Below are positions 37,690 through 48,590 of a stretch of DNA of 63,500 bases, in pieces. The position numbers were made by a program, and so were the translations under genes. The DNA is from Lama glama (taxonomy: Eukaryota), in assembly GCA_028534125.1 (NCBI GenBank), contig CM052816.1:26476001-26539500 (forward strand), read 5' to 3'. Below the pieces are notes generated by a model that ran no database searches, was not told the origin of the DNA, and saw only the letters and a program-made list of their open reading frames with translations. Within the stretch, counting starts at the first letter, position 1; every line of letters starts with the position of its first letter.

Positions 37690-38464
37690 TGTTATGCAGA
37701 AAATCTAGCTGATCAGGCTGTTGCAGGTGTTTTCTCTGACACCAACCAATACTCCAATTCTCTGAAACCAACTGGATATCCAGGAATTCAGTTCAATTCT
37801 GATACTACTCAGAGTTAGCACAGACCCTACAGGGTAAGGATTAAGTCCCACAAGACCATTCCCACTCACATCGTAGTCACACATTCCAATCCACCTCTGA
37901 CTAACGGCTATAAACTGGAGGTTTCCAGGACCCCCTACTCAGGTTCAGTAATTTACTAGAATGGCTCACAGAACTCAAGAAAACATTTTACTTATATGTA
38001 ATGGTTTATTATAAAGGATACAAATAAACAGTCAGATGAAGAGGTACATAGGGTGAGGTCTGTAAAGGTCCTGAGCACAGAAGCTTCTGTCTCTGTGGAG
38101 TTGGTATGCACCACCCTCCCATCACATGGCCACATTCATCAATTTGGAAGTTAATAAAATCTCACAGTTCAGGAGTTCTTACAGAGTTAATTTTCAGGAA
38201 CCCCACCCCTTCTAGGAGGTGGGTAAATGGGGCTGAAAATTTCAACCCTATAACCACTTGGACTTTCTGGTGACCAAATCCATCCTGAGGCTACATAGGG
38301 CCCCACCCCCAAGTCACCTCATTAACATAAACTCAGATGTGATCAAAAGAGGCTCCTTATGAATAACAAAAGGCACTCTATTCACTAAAGAAATTACATG
38401 GGTTTTAGGATCTTTGTGCCAGGAATCAAGGACAAAGACCAAATATATGTCCTATTATACTACA
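37690..38464 (-). mobile_element. MER21-like solo LTR (~775 bp)
   Basis: TG...CA termini, near-TSD gata/ggta. Blocks aatttactagaatggctcacagaactcaagaaaaca, cagatgaagaggtacatagggtgaggtctg and ggacaaagaccaaatatat are typical of MER21. Confidence 0.9.
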
Positions 38465-38499
38465 GGTATTCATTAAAGATAGATAGATCGATCCATATA

Positions 38500-38755
38500 G
38501 ATTATATCCGTATTGTTCTAAGTACTGTGTAAGTCTGAGGATATAGCGTGGTGGAGAAAAATACAATTCTACTGCCATCAAAGAGCTTAAGTCAAGTGGT
38601 AGAGGGAACTGACATGAGCCATATAAATACAGAGGGGAGGGATGTAAAGCAACAAGTGTGATGTGAGCTCAGAAGGAAATGATAAACCATAGGATAGGTG
38701 GACTGGCTCCCCAAGGCTATGGAGATGGGAAGACAGCTCTGAGTCAGGCTGAAAA
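38500..38755 (-). mobile_element. L2 3' fragment
   Basis: aagtactgtgtaagtctgaggatatagc...ctgccatcaaagagcttaagtcaagtgg. Confidence 0.65.
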
Positions 38756-38777
38756 GTTAAGGAGATGAAGATGGTGA

Positions 38778-38884
38778 GGGGTGGGTATAGCTCAGTGGTA
38801 GAGCTGCTGCTTTGCATGCACAAGGTCCTGGGTTCAATCCCCATCACCTCTGTTAAAAAATAAATAAATACATTTAAAAAAAAA
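38778..38884 (+). mobile_element. tRNA-derived SINE (vic-1-like)
   Basis: A box tagctcagtgg, B box ggttcaatccc, A-rich tail. Perfect 16-bp TSD aaggagatgaagatgg (38759-38774, 38885-38900). Confidence 0.96.
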
Positions 38885-38929
38885 AAGGAGATGAAGATGG
38901 CATGAAAAGGGCATATGCAAGAAAAAATA

Positions 38930-39230
38930 CTGGCTCACTCTTACTTCTCTGTCTCTCCTTTCGGTTTTTTGCCACCTTAGTTTCATTTTTAGACAAGCCC
39001 TTTCCACATGGGATTAAGGATAGCCCATGGCAGCTCAAAACTTTATAGGCCTGCCTATAAACAAGGAAATGGAATGTTCTTTCCAAAAGCTCCAGCAAGA
39101 CCCTCAGGGGAAGTTGTCATTGGCCTGCTGGCTCACATGACCACACCTGAGCCAATCAGAGAGGTAGGGGAACGGAGTACTCTGGTGACCAGTCCAGGCA
39201 GCGCGCCTAGGCCTGGGGCTTGGGATAGGA
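38930..39230 (-). mobile_element. Old MaLR LTR fragment (MLT1I/J/K-like)
   Basis: tcattggcctgctggctcacatgaccacacctgagccaatca; ttccaaaagctccagcaaga. Confidence 0.7.
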
Positions 39231-42200
39231 GACCACGTGCTTTTAGCCTCTCTGTACAAAAGAGGCATGCTTTCTGTAGGGAAAAGTTGCCGCTGAACAG
39301 ATAAAATGTTGGAATGACCACTATATGAAAGTTTTAGTATTTTTGAAAATTAATGGTTCTACTACCCTAAATTTACCGACAGAACAGAGGCAGTATGCAT
39401 ATTCTGAGACTCTTCATGCCGTGGCATATGTTTTGATTTCCTGAGAAAGCTCTAATGGCCCTTGCCAACACACCGAACGGCAGTCTGCGCTGCCTGTTTG
39501 CTCTGTCATAAACTAGATGTGCTTCTCCTCTCTCCTCAGTTCACACATCTTCATTTTTAATTGGCTACTCATGTTTTCCCCACATCTTCACCTCCCTCAC
39601 AGCGCACCAAGAAGGTAGACTTAACCCACACACACTCCCAAAGATTTTTACATCTCAGAATACCTAATTAGTTTGCACAGCACAAAAGACTGGGGTTTCC
39701 AAATGGTCACAACAAAGACGACAAGAGGAGACAAGGGTCCGTTCTCTGGCTGCACTCCAACTCTGACTATAAGCAAAAAGTGAAATTTGTTTTTGCGGTT
39801 TCCTCACGCGTGGTTTGTGTCTCTCAGGGCCCAGAGGTCCCTAGCTTTTCACCATCACTCTTGCTTCCCAAAACACACTTTCTAGGCTGCTAGTGGAACC
39901 AGAGCTCCCTGAGAAAGAAGAGAATTAAGAACACAAAGAAAGCATTCAGTGATTTATTTTACATTATAAAGGGACCTCATATCAATAACAATGAGGGATA
40001 ATTAATTAAAACCCTAAAAAATTGTTCTTGTTCAGTGTTGTTTCACTGAATAATTTATCACCATCTCATCGACCAACCCAGACACAGCCACAATATACAA
40101 GGAGCAGCATCTCTCTCTCTCTCTCTGTCTCATTTGGGTTCTTCCTGCCTCATCACGACCGCCCCAAAATCTCCCCACTCCCTGCCCCCTGAATCTTGTG
40201 GCTTCAGGGACATTTTAGTGCTGATTGCTATGGTTTTTAGTAGTTCCCTCTAAAATCCTAAATCCTTCTGTAACTAGTGAGATTTGGTACTTTCTGTCAG
40301 CTTGCAGTGACTGTGCTTCACATAAAAGAGACCATATGACTTTGTTTCTCAATTAGGACAGATCATCTCAACAAAGCCCCAGGGAACCCACAGAGCAACT
40401 ATTCCTGATCTCTACATGGCATGAAGTCTCACTCCACGGCTTTGTTATTTTTGGACACTGAAATTACAGGGTTGCATGCCAAGCTCTTGCTAACAGCAGG
40501 TTAATTTAGCAATACTGGCTACTGCGTTCGGATTTCACCAAACTCACCACCTAGTTGCTTAAAGACAAGTCTGGGTCTTTCCCTCCTCCAAGGATGGCCT
40601 CCTAAATGCAGATCGTTAAAGTGACACAATGCCAATATTATAATAGAGACACAACTTAAATATCTAAAGCAAACAACAAGGTTATCTATCACCAAGCAAC
40701 TGCCAAATACAGGGCGCTTCTGATGTCTTTTTTTTAATCACACAGTTTTCAGTTTTTACATGCAGATGAGAGCATTTTCATGTAACCAGAGATATGTCTG
40801 TGTGTTAGGTGGGGGGAGGGGGGACAACACATTATGCAAATGTAGTAGCAAATGTAAAATGATAAATTAGCAAGCAACTATTTAATTATTACTGTGACTA
40901 ATTCCTGTAGATGGTGCCACAGCTAATGAACCTGAACTTGTCCTGGTTGACTGCAGTGTTCTGCTGAAACACTTCCATTTGGTTTGTCTGCGGCTTGCGC
41001 AGCGCAGTGAAGTAGATGGCATCTGTTTAATGAGCTCCCACTTCATTACAGAGCTGTACTACTTACTGAGTCATTCTCCTTAAGCATGCGGGCGATGTAT
41101 TTGGCTGTTGTTTTAAAGCAAATACTAATTTATGATTACCTGTCACATTAGGCCATTGAAAATTGTACTCGCACTGGCTCACGTGAGCAGAATGCTAATG
41201 AGCTGATTACAGGCTGTGGTGGTGTCCCTTGCTTTTAATCCGCGGACATAAATTCAGATTCCCCACTACAATCTGGGTTTTCAGAACAATAGATGCTGTT
41301 TAAGAGGGAGAGGGAAGAGAAACAGGGTGGTTTCTCACATGTAAATGCACAGACTCTTAAAGGCCAACAAACTCAGTGATGACCTAATTCAATGTGCACA
41401 GATTGTCAGAAACACCCGTTACACTGTGTCATGTACAGAAGTAGATGAATGACTCTCCAGCTATTCACTCCCTGCCATGGTCATTATCTAATTGAAGTCT
41501 GATGCCCAAGCAAGGCGGATCCTGACACGGTGACTGCAAGCCTCTATTGTATGGAATAAATCCTACAGATGTATCCTAAAATGGCACTTGCAGAGAAAAT
41601 TCCAGTCAATAACACTTTTCCAAAATGCAGCTTTTCATCTCCAAGCCTAATATTTACCTGCAGGCTTTAGCACAAGGCTCTTGACCGGGTTTTCTTCCCC
41701 TTCTCTCTCCCCCATGACAAGCATGCCATTTATAACTTAAAATACAAGATGAAACAAAATGCCTCATTCAGTCTGGGTTGCTTTTGTTGTTGTTGTTGAT
41801 CCACTATAATTTGCCCCCGTATGGGAAGATGTGACTTTGCCATCTTACTGGCTATCTGCTCAGTTTGTTTTAATAGTCCTGACTTCATTCTGCTTGGGGA
41901 CACGGTGGTTCGCTTCATAGGCCGCTGCCCTGGGTACAGGGACGGCTGTCCACACCACTTCCTTAGAACTGTGTACACCGATCATCATCTCTGGTGACAA
42001 ATCCTGCTTGAAGCATCAAACATGAGCAGCAGCACAATGAGAGAGGCAGCCAGGAAGCATTCCTAACTGGTGTTCACATACATAATATTCAGATGTAGCC
42101 ACCATGGGCTGGAGCTGTGTTAAATTCTGCAATGGAGATCAGAAAATCTAACCAAGTTAGCCATGTACTGTAACAAGAATACAAAGATTAATATTTTAGA

Positions 42201-45200
42201 CATCTGCCCCAACCCTAGACTTTCTTTTCTTCTTCTTTTTTTTTTTTTTTTGGAAGACCACCTGTTTACAAACTTGAGATTTTTTCCCTCATTTTTCTGT
42301 GCTGAGCTACTCGGGGCTGACAACTAGACTCATGGGATGGGAGAGCAGAAAGAATAAAAAACCAATACCCATCTGTGACCTGGTTAAAAGAGAAAGCAGG
42401 TGAGAATGAGTCGTAATGTACGCTGATTATCCATTTTAAACGATCTCTTATCTAAACATTATAAACTGGTATCTATAGCCATCACGTGTGACATTTCTCT
42501 GGACGGGTCGGTATTTTATGCCCCATCTTTTTCTCTCTGCAGGGAGTGGAACAAGCCCTCAATAGAGATGGAACAGACCTAGGTGCTGGCTGAGTGCAAC
42601 CACCATGCGGCGCTGTAACTTTGAGCTTTGTCACGTCTGGTTCAAGTATGAACAGGACAGAATGACTTAAGTTTCTTTTAGCTCTACTGTTCTGTAATTC
42701 CACCTTCATAGCCAAGATTAAAGGAGCCCTCATCAGCATGGTGTCCAAGACCATTAAATCGCTAATATCAATTTTGACTACAGTTTAGGGTTACTCTAGT
42801 AATTTCTTAAAAATCAGCTATTTTCTTCAATGCATAAATGAAGTGATGTGGCGTCTCATCTCAAATAATGCCCAGTTTACACCAGGGCAAATGACCCCCT
42901 GTTTCTTAACAGAAACCAGGTTGACTTCATCTTTGTGAGGCACAGGTCTGACTCTCACTAATCACAAATTATAAATTATTGGGCAGATTTGCATATTTTT
43001 TTCTTTAATGGAGCTTGAAAAATCTAGAAATACAGTTGTCCATTTTACTGTCTTACTATAAATACAACACAAAAGATTTGGAGTTATTCAGAAGAATATT
43101 TTTCATAATACCTATGTTTCAACTGCAGAAAAATGGAAGCAGATTAGTTAATTATTGTCTCCAGCCCATATGGGAGATAAAAGATTCCTTTTCCTCACCT
43201 ATAATGAACTCCCCATGCCAGCAAGACTTGGGGGGGGGGGGCAAGTGAGTAGTGGTGCTGCTTTTTTCTACACAAGCAAATTGCTTTTCCTAATTTACAT
43301 AAGAAAAAAAGACTGCCTATTTACACACTGGATAATCCAATTTGCTTATTTTGCAAAACAGTCCCTTTCCCCCTATTGGCAGCACTAAGCATTGTGCAGC
43401 CTCTCAACCAGAGTGAAAAAGGATATGCATTAGATACAAGGCCATACAATGACTGTGCTCAATTCAGTACCAACAGCAGAGTCCATTTAAAAAGAATGTG
43501 GAGAGGCAGCATTCGGAGGGACGTTTGGTTTTCTGCTTATAAAACGTATACATACTAAATGGTGACAGCCGAGACTAACGGGGAGGAGAAATTTTACTGA
43601 GAAGTACAATGTGCGGTTTTATTTTAAGTTTACATTTGGGTTCTCTTAAGAGACTTGCCAAATAGGATTTTGTACTTTTGTCTAATTCCCAAACATGCAT
43701 TCTTTTGAGGCCAGCTTAGAGCCAAAAGCTGTTAAATATTCCTTCCTCAGATGACATATAAAACACAGATTTGTAGATACAGATGAAGACACAGAAAAAG
43801 GTATGTCCATAACCCAGTAACCAACAGGACTTCAGAACAGCTGAGCAATACCAGGTGGAAATGAAGGGTGTCAGGAGGCACAGAGCCTGGCTTGTCAGGG
43901 CTGGGATGGGGGCATTTTTAACTGGATTTTGTTTTCCATAGCTAATCGGAGAGGTCGCATGCAAAATCCTCTCTAAATGTTAAGCCCAGGGTTTCACCCT
44001 GCAGTAGGCTGGGAAAAGAGAACTCTGCCTATTAAAAATGTGATTTTCATGAGAAAGGAAAAGCTGAAATGGTGAAGTCGGGTACACAGGGCTTTCTATA
44101 TAGGCAGTGACCCTGCTGTCAGGGAGTCAGCTTCAGACCAGCCGAATCAGCCACAAAGACAGGAAGAGAAAATGGAACGTGAAGAGACAAAAGTGACCAG
44201 CATCTCAGCTCCCAGAGGGACCCTCCAAATAGCAAAGCCCTGGCAGCAGTGTACCCTTCCTGGCCATCACAGGACCTTGTGAATAAAGGAAGTGACAAGC
44301 AAAACTAATTTGAGGCAGCAGCTGATGAACATTCACCCATGTAAAAGCCACCACCAAGTGTTTCCTTTCCCAAGGACCTTAGAAACATGCTAGCGTCCAA
44401 TACAGGCTCCTTGTCTATTAGGGGCACTCTAATCACAGAACGCGTGTGTGTGTCTCTCTCTCCAACACACACAGACACACACAGTGTAACACAGCGCACT
44501 ATCTGTACGTTCCTCCTGTAGGTGTTATCATGTAAGACACACGCAAGTGAAGTAATACCAGATTGGAGAGTCTGCTCAATCTTGTTTTATGAGACAATAC
44601 TTCCTGGGAATAAAGCTTTCAGAATGTGACAGTCCAATGTGGTAATAAGAAATTAATGCTAAAGCAGGTGGAGAAATATCTAGCCATGTGTGCGGTTGAA
44701 GGCTGGAGAAGAGGTCACAGGTTCTGAAAAATGCCCTCCTCTCTTGGAACCCTCCGAGCCCATCCTTGAGTTCTGCTCTGCAAACAATTATTTGACTGGT
44801 CAGCAGCAGCTCAAGGTTTCGGCTGACTTCCCAGGCAAAAGGCAAACGTAGGCAGACACAGCCCTCTCCCTGCCCCGGTCAGGTCCGCAGCTCCTGCCTC
44901 GGACCTAGGCGAATGTCCACTAGTTACGTGACTGACGACGACAGGTTTCCATGCCCTGGTCCAAACAGACCCACGCCAGGGTCTGCAGGGGGTGCTTTTA
45001 CCAGGACGATGCCCCTCTGGCCAATTACCCTTTCTCTTGCCTGTTCTCAGACTATAATTTGGAGCAGCAGCAACCCCAGCAGCAAGAGAGACTTTGGATT
45101 AGAAAAGAAATAACCGGAGTTGTCAAGGAGGGAGGGAGGGAGAGGTAGAGCTGCTTTTATTTGAAGTGTTCAGACACGCTGAAGTAATGATCCTGGCAAC

Positions 45201-45739
45201 ATGTTAGCAAAACATTAGAAACACTTTGGTAAGCAAATAATTTAATTACAGCCTTCTTTGAGGCAGTTTATATTGCTCGACCCCTGACCTCTTCTACGGC
45301 TGTACCTCAACTCAGCCTGGGATTCACACTTCCTATTCTCGTCACAGAATCTCTCCATCTTGTACCATTTAATATAGTGTGCTCCAGGTGTTCTGCGGTG
45401 AATGAATAGTTATATTACTACCTGTCAGACACAATCACACTCTATTCATCATTCTCGGCTGGCTGCATGAAGCCCAGCTTCCAGCAGGCTCCCTCTCTAT
45501 TTCCTTGTTCAAACGTCTGCGGTGCTTTTGGCCCATCTGTCAAGGCTGTCATTTAGAGGGAAAACAGTATCAGCGCTTTAAATATATGGAGTTCTCTATT
45601 GAAACAGTGCTGTGATTGAACTGTCAGCATCCTCGGTATCACAGACAGTAATTCATGACTGGTCAGGGCTCCACTGAGGTTGCTATTACTACGGTGACCC
45701 TGAAGGGTCACGCGGAGGGTTTTTGCTTTACTGTTAGGT

Positions 45740-45749
45740 CTATAAATAG
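45740..45749. promoter_or_regulatory. Consensus MEF2 site
   Basis: CTATAAATAG matches CTA(A/T)4TAG; motif match only. Confidence 0.35.
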
Positions 45750-47688
45750 TGCAATTAACCTTTGGAGAATTACAAAATGCTCTTGGATTCTCTTTACATT
45801 TGCTCGGTGCTTGCATGGTTTAGCGCAAAGGGAAGAAGAAAAACCCTATGAAATCACTGAAATGGGTGCTGTCTGAGTAGAAATACATACAGCTTTCACA
45901 GCAAGCACTGGAAATGCATGCACGTATTTTAAACCACCATTTGCTGTTTGGGAGCAAGATAACATATGCTAAGATTTCTGCCGAAAATTAAAAGGTTTCT
46001 GAGTCTGCACTAAAATATGATGGATGCGAATGAAAGGACTTCTGTTCATCCTTATGGAACGGAAGTGAAGGTTTTCACTTCTCCAAATTGTTACCTTTCA
46101 AACATAGAGTGTTTCTCACGGTTTCCAGCCCCAGTTGCTCAAGCATAACACCTGCACTCTCTGCTAAACCCAGAGAAAACACCCTTAGGAGCTAACTGCC
46201 GTATCTAATCTTAGAACACAGTCCCTAAAGAAAGAGACTTTGGGATGCTCATCAGGCAGGCTTCTGATGACTCCCTCCCATTTGAAAGCCGCAAATCACT
46301 GAATGAGGTTTTTCTCCTTTATTCTTCAGGGAATGAAGGCACTTTCTAAAGGAAGCACTGAAGGTCAGCAGCAGAGCCTAAAATACACACCCAAACTCCT
46401 AATCTCAGCTTTCAGCAAATCTTAGACTGCCAGGACACCGCCCCTCTTCCTCCCTGGAAACCATAATAGTAAAAGATGCCTTTTCAGTATCTCTCTCTAG
46501 ACAATTACATTCTAAGTGATTCAGAGTCGTCACTGGGGCTTGTTCCTGAATGACAGTGCTGGTTTTTGTTCCTTTGGATTCCGGCATCCCAAGAATGTGT
46601 CTCATAACACAAGGGTGCAGGTTCCTGGTGCCGCACCGTTGCGTCTCAGATGAATGTTTGATATGTTTTGTCTTTTGCACAATCATTTAATGTCTGCATT
46701 ACGCCAGTTATTCCCACAGCTCATGCAGCACAAAGAGTTTTTTTCTTAGCCAAGTTGTTCAATGGACAAAGCCAATGAGCCTTTTTAATTTGTGATACCA
46801 ACATTATGAAGCTGAAAACAACCATTGATTTCTGTCACCACATTTTTCTTGCTTCAAAGGTAATTTTACCCAGTTTCTTTCTTTGGGGGAAAGAAAGAGA
46901 TGCTATTTTTGTGTGGGTAGGTCAGCAGAGGAAAGCCACAGACTAAGCATATAGTCCTTTATGACACATATTTAAGTTGACCATCCTCTGAGAGCAAAAT
47001 AACACATCATTTTCTTAAACATCCTCATCACCAAAGAAGTAGGATTAAGGCAATATTTCAGCCAGCTTAAAGGCTTGCAGGATGCGGAAAGAAGAGTAAA
47101 GAGGTATCAACCTTCCCATTAGAACTATTTTCTACGAATGCGCCTCACATCAGTCCACAGCTATGCAGAAGTAAAAGCCTTTGCTTATTACAGCCACTGA
47201 GCAAGGGTAATTAAGAGGTAATCTCTTCCAGTTAGAATGCATTTTCCTTTCTGGAGACAATCACAAAAGGTAGAGAGGTGCCCAACAACCCCATTTTGTC
47301 ATTGTTGTTATCTTTTGTGACTGCTTCCCTCTCTTCCTGTCCTCAGTTGGAAACCAAAAAGCCTTTGCTTATTATAGAGGCAGGGTAAGTGCTAGTCTCA
47401 TCCCATTAACTGTCATGTTAGCAGTCTCCGTGCCATCCCATTTGAGTTTCACTGAGCATTCAGAGCTGCTTAATTATGTACAGTAAAGACAGTCTACTGA
47501 GACGTTCCTTCTTGATTAATATGGGAGGGGGAGGGGAGGTGAAGGGGCACCGCCAAGGCTCACTTGTGCCTTGCGCAAAACTCAGTGTGACAAACGCTTT
47601 CGTGAGTTGAAAAAAATAATAATAAATTCAAGGACATTTGGAAAGAAAGAAGCTTGCATCAAGGGATGAGGCTACTTTTGATTCTGCA

Positions 47689-47753
47689 GGCTCACAGCAG
47701 CTACTCCCCTCCTGCTCCGGGGGCTCACAACAGCTATTCCCCGCCTCTCCGGG
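47689..47753. repeat. Imperfect 2 x ~33-bp tandem duplication
   Basis: ggctcacagcagctactcccctcctgctccggg / ggctcacaacagctattccccgcctctccggg. Confidence 0.9.
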
Positions 47754-48419
47754 TTGGCGTTCAACTGTATAGCGCATTCCTTGTAAATTATACCGCCCCA
47801 TGTTAATTACAGTGTGCTGACAGTGCCTGTCATTACTAAGCCTGCTACAGGCTTTGTGCACTTGGATTTTAATAGCTGTTTGTTCTGAGGAATGTGGCAG
47901 AGCTGCGTGAGTGGCTGAGCCGGGTCATTGCTAACATCCCTTTCTTCAGTCTCTCACACTGGTTCTATTTTTACAACCCTAATCCCTTCACTCTCGGGCT
48001 CCCTCGCTCATCCCCTCCCCCAATAAAGCAGATGTATAGGTTACAGTCTAGAAATGCCAATGCATTCATTCAGACACAATAAACTGAGCCATATATTGTG
48101 CTACCCTCATTGTCAGCCCTTCAAAGCCTCTGGCTGAAATCCTCTCTTTTCTTTGCGATCCGACCTCTGTATAAAAACATGACTGCTCTCATCTCATGGG
48201 CTACTTTGAGGTTCCTTCCCCAAATTCGACTTCAGCATTCTCCTCTCAAACGCCCATGGCAACAGCCTGTGAAGCAAGGTGCTACAAAGGTGGAGACAAA
48301 ATCAAAACCCAGCCTTCTACTCTTCCTCTTCATCAAGTAATTTTCAGTTTCAGAGTTATTTCCATCATCAACAAATACAAGCACAGAAATCACTCTTATC
48401 TTAAAAAGTACATATCACC

Positions 48420-48590
48420 ACCACTTCATGAGCACCTACTAGGTACCAGGGGCGAAGGCTAGACTCCAGAAAAGCAAAGATGAATAAAATATACCCCTGG
48501 CCTGCAGGGCATTAGAGCCTAGGAGGGGTGCAGAAATGTAAATAAATGATTACCATTCCACGTAATATTTAATAATAGAGGTAAAAGCAG
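48420..48590 (-). mobile_element. L2 3'-end fragment
   Basis: tgagcacctactaggtaccagg...aaagatgaataaaatatacccctggcct...aaatgtaaataaatgattac. Confidence 0.8.

Noticed and set aside
41730..41978. 82-aa minus ORF with a Q-run
   Set aside because: The Q-run comes from a (TTG)n microsatellite, the start codon is non-ATG, and no homology is recognised.
45028..45235. Plus-strand exon candidate (ctttctcttgcctgttctcag acceptor; DYNLEQQQPQQQERLW...)
   Set aside because: Good acceptor, but the frame stops at 45148 before the only decent donor (~45229); no recognisable protein.
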